A stretch of 64,000 bases of DNA, from positions 9,180 through 73,179 of the forward strand of contig JAZDPX010000013.1 of the NCBI GenBank assembly GCA_043797125.1. The letters are read 5' to 3'. The notes under the pieces are model-generated. The model did not search any database and was not told the DNA's origin. It was given only the letters and a program-made list of their open reading frames with translations. Below are positions 57,133 through 64,000 of this stretch, piece after piece (position 1 is the stretch's first letter; each line of letters starts with the position of its first letter). The position numbers and the translations under genes were made by a program. The DNA is from Candidatus Omnitrophota bacterium (GTDB lineage: Bacteria; Omnitrophota; Gorgyraeia; JABMRG01; JAFGKX01).

Positions 57133-57227
57133 GGGGACGGTTCTCACCCAAGATTGAGAAGTGTCCCCGCTATACTGTTTCTCTTCGGTTAGGGGACATT
57201 TCTCACGCTTGGGCGAGAACCGTCCCC
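57133..57227. repeat. REPIN-like inverted doublet (36-bp arms, 23-bp spacer)
   Basis: GGGGACGGTTCTCACCCAAGATTGAGAAGTGTCCCC versus the reverse complement of 57192-57227 (4 mismatches). Each arm is itself a hairpin. Confidence 0.8.
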
Positions 57228-57233
57228 TTTCTT

Positions 57234-57824
57234 TTAGTAGTTCTCGCACAGCACTTCGTAATACGCCTGCGGGTGCTTGCACGCCGGGCACTCATCCGGA
57301 GCAACTTTACTTTCATGCACGTATCCGCAATTTCTGCAATGCCATTTTACAATTGCGTCTTTCTTAAATACCTTATTCCCTTTTACATTTGCCAAAAGCT
57401 TCTTGTATCTTTTCTCATGCTCTTCCTCAACTTCCGCTATCTCTTTGAATTGGACCGCTATTTCCTCAAAGCCTTCTTTGCGCGCCGTATCTTCTGCCTC
57501 TTTATACAGCTTTGTCCATTCAAGATTCTCGCCTGCCGCGGCAGCTGCAAGATTCTGCGCAGTATCAGCTATTACGCCGGCAGGATAAGACGCTGTAATT
57601 TTTACCTCGCCGCCCTGTAAATATTTGAAGAATCTCTTGGCATGTTCCTTTTCGTTTTCAGCGGTCTCTAAAAATATCGCTGATATTTGTTCATACCCTG
57701 CCTTTTTTGCGACGCTCGCAAAATAGGTGTAGCGGTTTCTTGCCTGAGATTCGCCTGCAAATGAGGCAAGCAGGTTCTGCTCCGTCTTTGTGCCTTTTAG
57801 GCTTTTTTGTTTTGTCGCTTCCAT
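57234..57824 (-). CDS. rbr: Rubrerythrin
   Basis: FAGESQARNRY, NEKEHAK, EEEHEKRY, CRNCGY...CPACKHP. Confidence 0.95.
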   Translation of the reverse strand: MEATKQKSLKGTKTEQNLLASFAGESQARNRYTYFASVAKKAGYEQISAIFLETAENEKEHAKRFFKYLQGGEVKITASYPAGVIADTAQNLAAAAAGENLEWTKLYKEAEDTARKEGFEEIAVQFKEIAEVEEEHEKRYKKLLANVKGNKVFKKDAIVKWHCRNCGYVHESKVAPDECPACKHPQAYYEVLCENY

Positions 57825-57859
57825 AATTTTCTCCTCCCTCATACTGTTACGTCACCCAA

Positions 57860-57897
57860 GTAGCGCAGGCTTAAGCCTGCGCTACTGCTGTGGATAA
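57860..57897. repeat. GTAG palindrome variant + DnaA box
   Basis: GTAGCGCAGGCTTAAGCCTGCGCTAC, 3 bp, TGTGGATAA. Confidence 0.88.
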
Positions 57898-58359
57898 CCT
57901 ATGCGGCGTTAAATCGACTATCTCGTAGACTTCCACGTCTATCAGGTACTCCGGCTCTGGCAGAAATATCTCCGGGTGCGCCTTGTGGCCTTTTTCGCCT
58001 TTTATGTTGCGCAGGATTCTTTGAGTAATCCTGCTTGTTATCCTTTCATCCCATGCCTTTTTTACGCTTGATTTAAGTTTTTTATTTTCCGCTATAGTCG
58101 CTTTTCCCTTCAGGCAGCAGCCTCTGAATTTATGCTCATCAACGGCTGTGAGGCTTATGTTCGGGTTTTGCCTTAGGTTCTGGCTTGTCCTTGCCTTGTA
58201 AAGATCCAGTAAATACACGTGGCCGTTCTTGTCAATTTCAACTATGCCCTTACAGGAAGCGTGCGGCGTACCGTTTTCATCTATGGTTGAAACAATGACA
58301 AAACCCTGCCGAAGCAGAAACAGGACTGTCGCCTCAGGTATAGGAATGGGGGTTGGCAT
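57871..58359 (-). CDS. Pyridoxamine 5'-phosphate oxidase-like FMN-binding protein
   Basis: VSTIDENGTPHASCKG, TSQNLRQNPNISL, LKGKA. Confidence 0.82.
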   Translation of the reverse strand: MPTPIPIPEATVLFLLRQGFVIVSTIDENGTPHASCKGIVEIDKNGHVYLLDLYKARTSQNLRQNPNISLTAVDEHKFRGCCLKGKATIAENKKLKSSVKKAWDERITSRITQRILRNIKGEKGHKAHPEIFLPEPEYLIDVEVYEIVDLTPHRLSTAVAQA

Positions 58360-58362
58360 AAA

Positions 58363-58488
58363 TTAACCCGATATCTTCTCCATGGGCTGCTCGCAGCAGA
58401 CAAGCTCGCCGCCGCCTGCCTTTGTTACAACAACTTCATTGCCGCAGATATTGCACAGATATTTTTCATTCACCTTTTCTACCGCCAT
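58363..58488 (-). CDS. Desulforedoxin-like small iron protein (41 aa)
   Basis: Below the ORF-track cutoff. MAVEKVNEKYLCNICGNEVVVTKAGGGELVCCEQPMEKISG, SD GGAGG. Confidence 0.9.
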   Translation of the reverse strand: MAVEKVNEKYLCNICGNEVVVTKAGGGELVCCEQPMEKISG

Positions 58489-58542
58489 TTATGCCTCCTT
58501 GCCCTCGGCTCCGCCGAGAGGCGAGCCTCGCCGTCAGGCAGG

Positions 58543-58959
58543 CTATCTAAAAAAATCGAAATATACAGCCGCAATTATAGCAAGCGCCGATAAAAAGAAT
58601 ATAAAAAAGTAATTAATTGTATCCTTTTTTGAACTTAAAGCGCAAAGTATTGCGCCTATAACGTTGAAATCTTCTTTTGTTAAAGGCTTTTGGCCTCTAA
58701 TCTTATCTACCAGGTCAGCCTTGTTTATCAGTTTAGCCCTGGCGCGGTTGATATTAAATTTGTATACAAAAAACGCAAAAAAACCAATCACGCCCACATA
58801 CCAGGCAATTTTTCCGTAAATAGGGTTTATATCAATTAAAATAGTAACAATGCGAAGAGCCGCGGTCGCGATAATGCCTATTATAAAAAATATCCACGAG
58901 GCAAAACTATCCTCGCATCTTTTATTCTCCGAACAATTCAGGCATTTGTCTGTTTGCAT
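58543..58959 (-). CDS. Small membrane protein with N-terminal Cys cluster
   Basis: CLNC...RC, then 3 hydrophobic segments, tightly packed in the operon. Confidence 0.7.
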   Translation of the reverse strand: MQTDKCLNCSENKRCEDSFASWIFFIIGIIATAALRIVTILIDINPIYGKIAWYVGVIGFFAFFVYKFNINRARAKLINKADLVDKIRGQKPLTKEDFNVIGAILCALSSKKDTINYFFIFFLSALAIIAAVYFDFFR

Positions 58960-58960
58960 A

Positions 58961-59605
58961 TTAATTTATTATGTTTTTTAGTTTAATTATGTCGTCTATT
59001 ACAAAATCCGGTTTTGCCTTGATTATGTCTTGCCTTTTGCCGATTCCGTAAGTAACGCCGCATGTGGCGATGCCGGCTTCTTTGCCTGCCTGTATATCCA
59101 CCGGCATATCGCCTACTATAATCGTCTTTTCCTTATTCACGTTTAGCTTGAGCATTGTTTTATTCAATGGGCAGGAAGAGGGCTTCATGCAGGCTGAATC
59201 ATCCCCGCCTAAAATATCTTCAAAATAACTTGATATCCCAAGGGCCTTTAGCGCAATTTTTGCGAATTTTGATTTTCTGTTTGTCACAACGGCTTTTCTT
59301 TTGTCGCTGAAATACTTTAACGTCTCTTTGGTGTTAGGATAGAGGGCGCTGTTGTCAGTGGAATGCTTTGTAAAATATTCCTCAAACACAAGCACCGCTT
59401 TATCCATAAGAACTGGCGCTTTTTTACCTAAAGATTTCCTGATCAGGTCATTTACGCCTGTGCCGATAAAAGCCGCTATCTGGCCTTCGCTTTTTTCGCG
59501 CAGCCCGAGGCTTTTCAGCGTAAAATTAACAGCGCTAACTATGTCCTTTTTTGAATCGACAAGCGTGCCGTCTAAGTCAAATATTATGAGGTCCACGGAT
59601 TTCAT
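58961..59605 (-). CDS. HAD-family phosphatase (Gph-like)
   Basis: FDLDGTLVDS, VTN, MKP, VGDMPVD. Confidence 0.9.
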   Translation of the reverse strand: MKSVDLIIFDLDGTLVDSKKDIVSAVNFTLKSLGLREKSEGQIAAFIGTGVNDLIRKSLGKKAPVLMDKAVLVFEEYFTKHSTDNSALYPNTKETLKYFSDKRKAVVTNRKSKFAKIALKALGISSYFEDILGGDDSACMKPSSCPLNKTMLKLNVNKEKTIIVGDMPVDIQAGKEAGIATCGVTYGIGKRQDIIKAKPDFVIDDIIKLKNIIN

Positions 59606-59606
59606 T

Positions 59607-60326
59607 TTAATATCCCGCGAAATTCTCCGTTACTATGCTGGTTGGTTTAAGCGATAATTTATTTCTTAAAATATCGGTCAGGGCTGCCACCATAACAGGG
59701 GGACCGCACAAGTAAAAAATTCTTTCCATATAATCCGGGATTTCCAGGGTTATCATTTTATCGTCGATATACCCAATCCTGCCCGTCCATTTGCTTTTAT
59801 CAATATCCGGGGCGGTCAGGGTATAGACGGCTCGGATATTTTTGTTGGCAGCTGCCATGTTATCAAAATCTGCCTTAAATATAATATCTTCTTCTTTATT
59901 GTTGCCGTATAAAAGTACAATATCAGCGCCCAGTTTCTTATCTGCAATAAACTTACATATGCTTCTTATCGGCGTTATACCGATTCCTCCGGAGAGAAAA
60001 GCTATTTTTTTATATTCGGGCTTGTATGTAAAAGAGCCGTAGGGCATCCTTAGCCGCGCCAAGTCGCCGAGTTTTAGTCCATCCAGCGCCTTTGAATATT
60101 CGCTTGATGTTATTCTTTTGGTGAATTCTATATGTTGACTCTCTGTAGGAGAACTTGAAAACGAGAAATGCTTGCTTTTTTCGATGCCCGCGACATTAAT
60201 TTTAACAAAAAAATACTGCCCTGCCTGAAAATCAGCGCCTTGCCTTGTCTTAAACCTGAAACTTTTTACTCCCGGGGCTCTTTTTATTACGTCTGTTACT
60301 TCGGTGTCAAATTCCACGACGCCCAT
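59607..60326 (-). CDS. FAD/NAD(P)-binding oxidoreductase (FNR family)
   Basis: AGQY, FSFSSSP, SGGIGITP, YLCGPPVM, ENF. Confidence 0.9.
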   Translation of the reverse strand: MGVVEFDTEVTDVIKRAPGVKSFRFKTRQGADFQAGQYFFVKINVAGIEKSKHFSFSSSPTESQHIEFTKRITSSEYSKALDGLKLGDLARLRMPYGSFTYKPEYKKIAFLSGGIGITPIRSICKFIADKKLGADIVLLYGNNKEEDIIFKADFDNMAAANKNIRAVYTLTAPDIDKSKWTGRIGYIDDKMITLEIPDYMERIFYLCGPPVMVAALTDILRNKLSLKPTSIVTENFAGY

Positions 60327-60327
60327 A

Positions 60328-60549
60328 TCAGACCGCGATTACTTTTTTTACCTGGGGGACTTCTTTTCTTATGGTCTGCTCAACGCCTGCTTTTAAAGTC
60401 ATCTGGCTCATCGGGCAATGGCTGCACGCGCCTGTCAGCTTCACCTTCACTACGCCGTCGGCTGACACGTCCACAAGTTTTACGTCGCCGCCGTCTGCCT
60501 GAAGCGACGGCCTTATTTTATTTAAAGCAGCTTCCACCTTATCTTTCAT
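60328..60549 (-). CDS. NifU C-terminal (Nfu) domain protein
   Basis: IRPSLQADGGDV, LTGACSHCPMSQMTLK. Confidence 0.93.
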   Translation of the reverse strand: MKDKVEAALNKIRPSLQADGGDVKLVDVSADGVVKVKLTGACSHCPMSQMTLKAGVEQTIRKEVPQVKKVIAV

Positions 60550-60587
60550 ATTTTATTTCCTCCTATCTAATGCTCATATATCATCAA

Positions 60588-60625
60588 GTAGCGGAGCCTT
60601 AAGGCTCCGCTACAGCTGTGGATAA
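60588..60625. repeat. GTAG palindrome + DnaA box
   Basis: Palindrome 60588-60613, 3 bp, TGTGGATAA 60617-60625. Confidence 0.88.
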
Positions 60626-61114
60626 CTATTTCCTCTCTGTCAATTCCAAGTCTATCTTTGCAAGGCCTTCTTTAGCTGTCCCAACGGATTTAATCTTTTC
60701 CAAAATTCCCGCAGGAGCTGCCTCCTCTTCCATCTGTTCCTTTACAAACCACTGCAGATATTCAGCTGTCTTTTCATCCTTTTCCGCCTTTGCCAGGCTA
60801 ACAAGGCCGTTTATTAAGCCTGTCACCTTTTTTTCGTGCTCTAATGTCCTTTTAAACAGTTCCGGAGCGGATGTAAAATCCTGAGGCGGCGTCTCGATAT
60901 CTTCCAGGATAACTTTATTCCCTTGAGAAATTATATAGTCAAACAGCTTATCCGCGTGAAAAAGCTCTTCCTTAAACTGTATCTTAAACCAGTTCGCGAA
61001 GCCCTTCAGGCCTAAAGATGCGGCATAGGCAGCCATGCCTAAATAGAAATAGCCAGAATAAATTTCCCTGTTAACCTGATAATTAAGCGCCTTTGCCAAA
61101 TTTTTGCTTAGCAT
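60626..61114 (-). CDS. Non-heme ferritin
   Basis: QVNREIYSGYFYL, EELFHA, LEHE, QWFVKEQMEEE. Confidence 0.93.
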   Translation of the reverse strand: MLSKNLAKALNYQVNREIYSGYFYLGMAAYAASLGLKGFANWFKIQFKEELFHADKLFDYIISQGNKVILEDIETPPQDFTSAPELFKRTLEHEKKVTGLINGLVSLAKAEKDEKTAEYLQWFVKEQMEEEAAPAGILEKIKSVGTAKEGLAKIDLELTERK

Positions 61115-61139
61115 TTTTGACTCCAATAAACTACCTTGG

Positions 61140-61177
61140 GTAGCGCAGGCTTAAGCCTGCGCTACGGTTGTGGATAA
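61140..61177. repeat. GTAG palindrome variant + DnaA box
   Basis: Palindrome 61140-61165, 3 bp, TGTGGATAA 61169-61177. Confidence 0.88.
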
Positions 61178-61230
61178 CTTTTTTGTTATTGCCTAAATAT
61201 ACAATACATCAACCGGTTTGTAAAGAATTA

Positions 61231-61527
61231 TTATAAATCGTAACGACCTTTTTGCCTGTCTGCCAGCTCTCCTACCTTGCTTTTGTTCCAGTTCTCTATT
61301 TTTGAATAATAGCCCACAACGCGCGTGACATGCTGCACGTCCTTTCCTTGAATTATCTGCCTGTGCAGAGCCGGCCAATCGTTATTTTCTATAGCATCTT
61401 CGGAAAAATGAGCTTTTGTATCGAGCTTCTCAGAACGCACAAAATATCCTTTATTGCCGTCATGTTCGCCCTCTGCCCACTCATAGCCGTAATCTACGCA
61501 TTTGTTTATAAACTCATTTGTCTTCAT
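61231..61527 (-). CDS. Small protein with class III RNR (NrdD) C-terminal glycyl-radical motif
   Basis: HVTRVVGYYSKIENWNKSKVGELADR matches the NrdD RxxGY..W..K..E..DR tail. Only 98 aa, SD GAGGGGG. Confidence 0.82.
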   Translation of the reverse strand: MKTNEFINKCVDYGYEWAEGEHDGNKGYFVRSEKLDTKAHFSEDAIENNDWPALHRQIIQGKDVQHVTRVVGYYSKIENWNKSKVGELADRQKGRYDL

Positions 61528-61537
61528 ATTGCCCCCT

Positions 61538-62260
61538 CTATTTTTTTATATCGCCCTGGATGCCTATTGTTATTTCCTTTATGGGAATATTTTTGCCGGA
61601 TATGCCTAATGCCTCTTTAGCGATATTAATCAGTCCGAAACAGCAAGGCACTTCCATGTGCACGCATGTTATGGATTTTATATTATTATGCTTGAAAATA
61701 TCAGCAACCTTTTCTTTGTAATACTCTGCGTCATCAAGCTTCGGGCAACCCACCAAAAGAACCTTGCCTTTTAACAGCTCCTCATGAAAATCAGCATAAG
61801 CAAAAGGCACGCAGTCTCCGACTATGAGCAAATCAGCATCTTGTAAATATGGCGCGTGCGCAGGCACAAGTTTAATCTGCACCGGCCATTGATTTAGCTG
61901 GCTTTGGGCTGCCTGCTTTGGGCTGCCTGCCCCGTACCCGAGCGAAGCGAGTGGTACGGGGTGGGCTTTCTTAAACTGCATTACTTTTGTACCCGGACAG
62001 CCACATTCAAGCGGCTTGGAAGCTGCCAGATGGTCTTTAACCTTCTTCTCGTCAAATGCCTTGGCTTCTCTTTCCTCTATAGTAATAGCGCCCTGCGGGC
62101 AATGCCCTAAACACGCGCCCAGACCATCGCAGAATACCTCGCTTACAAGCCGGGCCTTACCGTTAACAATCTTGAGCGCCCCTTCCTGGCAATTAGGGAC
62201 GCATAAGCCGCAGCCGTTACATTTTGACTCATCTATATTGATTATTTTTCTCTTTGCCAT
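61538..62260 (-). CDS. 4Fe-4S ferredoxin domain + C-terminal Cys-rich domain protein
   Basis: CNGCGLCVPNC, CDGLGACLGHCP, CGCPG, QWPVQ, GCPKLD, MEVPCC. Confidence 0.88.
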   Translation of the reverse strand: MAKRKIINIDESKCNGCGLCVPNCQEGALKIVNGKARLVSEVFCDGLGACLGHCPQGAITIEEREAKAFDEKKVKDHLAASKPLECGCPGTKVMQFKKAHPVPLASLGYGAGSPKQAAQSQLNQWPVQIKLVPAHAPYLQDADLLIVGDCVPFAYADFHEELLKGKVLLVGCPKLDDAEYYKEKVADIFKHNNIKSITCVHMEVPCCFGLINIAKEALGISGKNIPIKEITIGIQGDIKK

Positions 62261-62275
62261 ATGTTTTAACCTTTT

Positions 62276-62674
62276 TTATTTTATAAAAGATGCGATATTA
62301 ATAGCATTCAATTCGGATATAACGTACTTCTCTATGCAATCTATTTTTTCTTTTATGTTACAGCATTTTACATTCGGGCATTTCTTTTTCTTAAAAGTAT
62401 GGTCATTAAACATAACCGGCCCCTGGAAAATCGCTACTATGCCAGCCAAAGAAATTTTCTCAGGGCCCACAAGCAGGGCAAAGCCGCCGCCTTTACCTTT
62501 ATACGAACGTATCAAGTCCTTTTTGCTTAGGATCTGGAGTATCTTTCTTAAAAACGGCCTTGGTATCTTTAATGCTTTCACCAGCTCGCTTACAGAAACT
62601 ATTTTTTCTTTCTGTTTTGCGATACAGCAAAGCGCCCTAACAGCATAATCAGTATCTCTCGTAATTAATTTCAC
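62276..62674 (-). CDS. Rrf2 family transcriptional regulator
   Basis: TDYAVRAL, PFLRKILQIL, SYKGKGGGF, C-terminal Cys cluster. Confidence 0.92.
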   Translation of the reverse strand: MKLITRDTDYAVRALCCIAKQKEKIVSVSELVKALKIPRPFLRKILQILSKKDLIRSYKGKGGGFALLVGPEKISLAGIVAIFQGPVMFNDHTFKKKKCPNVKCCNIKEKIDCIEKYVISELNAINIASFIK

Positions 62675-62735
62675 TCTTTATCCTTTATCCTTTATCCTTT
62701 AACCTTTAACCTTTTAAAAAAGAGGCCTTTTAAAG

Positions 62736-62810
62736 TCATGCCCAGGACACTATACTGCAGCCCTCTTTACAATGAGCTACAGGCCTTAGTTTAAACCTAT
62801 CTGTCCACAT
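62736..62810 (-). CDS. Putative 24-aa leader peptide
   Basis: GGAGG SD 5 nt before ATG. MWTDRFKLRPVAHCKEGCSIVSWA, between the promoter and rrf2. Confidence 0.6.
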   Translation of the reverse strand: MWTDRFKLRPVAHCKEGCSIVSWA

Positions 62811-62849
62811 ATTTGCCTCCTCTTCTAAAATACCTTTTAGCTTTATTAT

Positions 62850-62879
62850 AATGATACCATATTAGTATCATTTTGTCAA
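62850..62879 (-). promoter_or_regulatory. Sigma-70 promoter with overlapping palindromic (probable Rrf2) operator
   Basis: TTGACA-N17-TATCAT, AATGATAC-N7-GTATCATT (62850-62872). Confidence 0.8.
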
Positions 62880-62892
62880 GAGAAAAAAATTA

Positions 62893-63504
62893 TTATTCTT
62901 TGAAATGCTTTTTTATGTAGTCCTGCAAAAGGCGCGCCGCCTCATCCTTGCACTGGCCGCACACCGTGCCTATCTTTGTCTTTTCCTGCAGCTGATAGAG
63001 AGTCCTCGCGCCCTCAAGTACAGCGTCTTCTATCTCTTTATCCGTAACGTTCATACATTTACACACCACGCGCGCTTGCTGCTTTTCGATTTTGCCGGTT
63101 ATGCCGTTTCTTTTATAATAATCCTCTATCGCGGCGCGCAACGCCTTGTCTCCGAGAACAGAGCAGTGTATTTTGTGTTCAGGCAGGCCGTCAAGTTTTT
63201 TGGCAATATCTTTCGGGGAAAGTTTATACGCTTCTTCCAAAGGCATGCCCTTTACCATTTCAGACATTGCAGAAGTGCTGGCAATAGCGCTTGCGCAGCC
63301 GTAGGTCTTCCACTTGCAATCCGTTATTATGCCTTTGGTTTTATCGACTTTTATAGCGACCATCATCTCGTCGCCGCACTTTATGTTTCCCACAACGCCT
63401 TTGCCGTCATCCTTGTAAGCCTCTTCGTCCTCAAGGATGTTTCTCGGATGCATAAAGTGGTCTTTTACCTTTTCCGTATATATCCAATTATTCTTTTCTT
63501 CCAT
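62893..63504 (-). CDS. nifU: NifU-type Fe-S scaffold (IscU domain + BFD-like [2Fe-2S] domain)
   Basis: HFMHPRN, CGDEM, GCASAIAS, HCSVL, CKC...CGQC. Confidence 0.9.
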   Translation of the reverse strand: MEEKNNWIYTEKVKDHFMHPRNILEDEEAYKDDGKGVVGNIKCGDEMMVAIKVDKTKGIITDCKWKTYGCASAIASTSAMSEMVKGMPLEEAYKLSPKDIAKKLDGLPEHKIHCSVLGDKALRAAIEDYYKRNGITGKIEKQQARVVCKCMNVTDKEIEDAVLEGARTLYQLQEKTKIGTVCGQCKDEAARLLQDYIKKHFKE

Positions 63505-64000
63505 TATCCGCTTCCTTTATATATACGCTGGACATATTCCTTATCTTATCTATCACTTCCACTAAGGCATCTATAACATACAAAATTTCTTCTTTGGTGG
63601 TATCTCTTCCCATGCTTATGCGTATTGAGCTATTAATGCGTTCCGGCGGAATGCCTGTTGCCACTAATACATGAGACGGGTCAAGCGAACCTGATGCGCA
63701 AGCAGAGCCTGTTGAAACCGCAATGCCTTTTTGATCCAGGTATAACAATATAGATTCTCCTACGGCGCCGTCAAACGATACATTCAAAGTATTTGCAAGG
63801 CAGTCGGTTGGGTGGCCATTAAACCATACGGCCGGAATTTTCTCTTCAATGCCTTTTTTAAGAATTGCCTTTAAAGTTTTAAGCCTTTTTTCTTCATCCT
63901 TCATTTCCTTGACGCGCATCTGGACTGCTTTTCCAAGCGCGATTATCCCGAGTGTGTTTTCCGTACCTGCGCGCCTTCCTCTTTCCTGATGCCCACCCCT
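63488..64000 (-). CDS. Cysteine desulfurase NifS/IscS, 3' part (5' end outside the window)
   Basis: GGHQERGRRAGTEN upstream of the tracked ORF, STGSACASG, PSHVL, IRISMG. Confidence 0.93.
   Translation of the reverse strand, partial: RGGHQERGRRAGTENTLGIIALGKAVQMRVKEMKDEEKRLKTLKAILKKGIEEKIPAVWFNGHPTDCLANTLNVSFDGAVGESILLYLDQKGIAVSTGSACASGSLDPSHVLVATGIPPERINSSIRISMGRDTTKEEILYVIDALVEVIDKIRNMSSVYIKEADNGRKE

Noticed and set aside
21813-61177. Recurrent 26-bp palindrome as a CRISPR repeat
   Set aside because: Copies are isolated and kilobases apart, with no spacers of regular length and no cas genes.
49151-61177. DnaA boxes as oriC
   Set aside because: Boxes are dispersed singly over 12 kb next to REPs, with no clustered boxes, unwinding element or dnaA/dnaN.
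62016-63576. Long plus-strand ORFs (62016-62648, 62905-63576)
   Set aside because: Antisense shadows of well-supported rrf2, ferredoxin and nifU genes, with no recognisable motifs.
1-64000. tRNA, rRNA, transposase, integrase or prophage genes
   Set aside because: None was recognised, and intergenic gaps are short and explained by promoters or repeats. A covariance-model scan was not possible.

Overview
Gene-dense window from an anaerobic bacterium. Gene content and small-repeat style suggest Omnitrophota/OP3-like, which is inference only. Almost all genes are on the minus strand. Four blocks: (1) 1-12.2 kb, a Rex-controlled operon for a group 4 membrane-bound [NiFe]-hydrogenase with a full Mrp/Mnh antiporter module and an upstream HydB/HydG (AsrA/AsrB)-like NAD(P)H module. 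(2) 12.2-54 kb, a large exosortase/PEP-CTERM plus surface-glycan locus: PEP-CTERM proteins, exosortase, EpsI, many glycosyltransferases, Wzm/Wzt, Wza/Wzc-like export, two toxin-antitoxin pairs, a degenerate sensor/DHp/bEBP trio, a divergent sigma-54 gene and two near-identical -24/-12 promoters. It includes two unusual fusions: a PEP-CTERM motif on the priming sugar transferase and a MerR-type HTH on the Wza-like exporter. (3) 54-62.9 kb, an Rrf2-headed oxidative-stress operon (superoxide reductase, rubrerythrin, ferritin, desulforedoxin, thioredoxin reductase, Ogg) with a stand-alone NrdD glycyl-radical domain and a Cys-containing leader peptide. (4) nifU and the 3' part of a cysteine desulfurase gene. 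Several small repeat families are superimposed: a 26-bp GTAG palindrome often coupled to a perfect DnaA box, dRS3-like hairpins, and 7-bp tandem arrays inside coding sequences. No rRNA, tRNA, CRISPR array or transposase was recognised. All calls come from reading motifs by eye, with no database searches.
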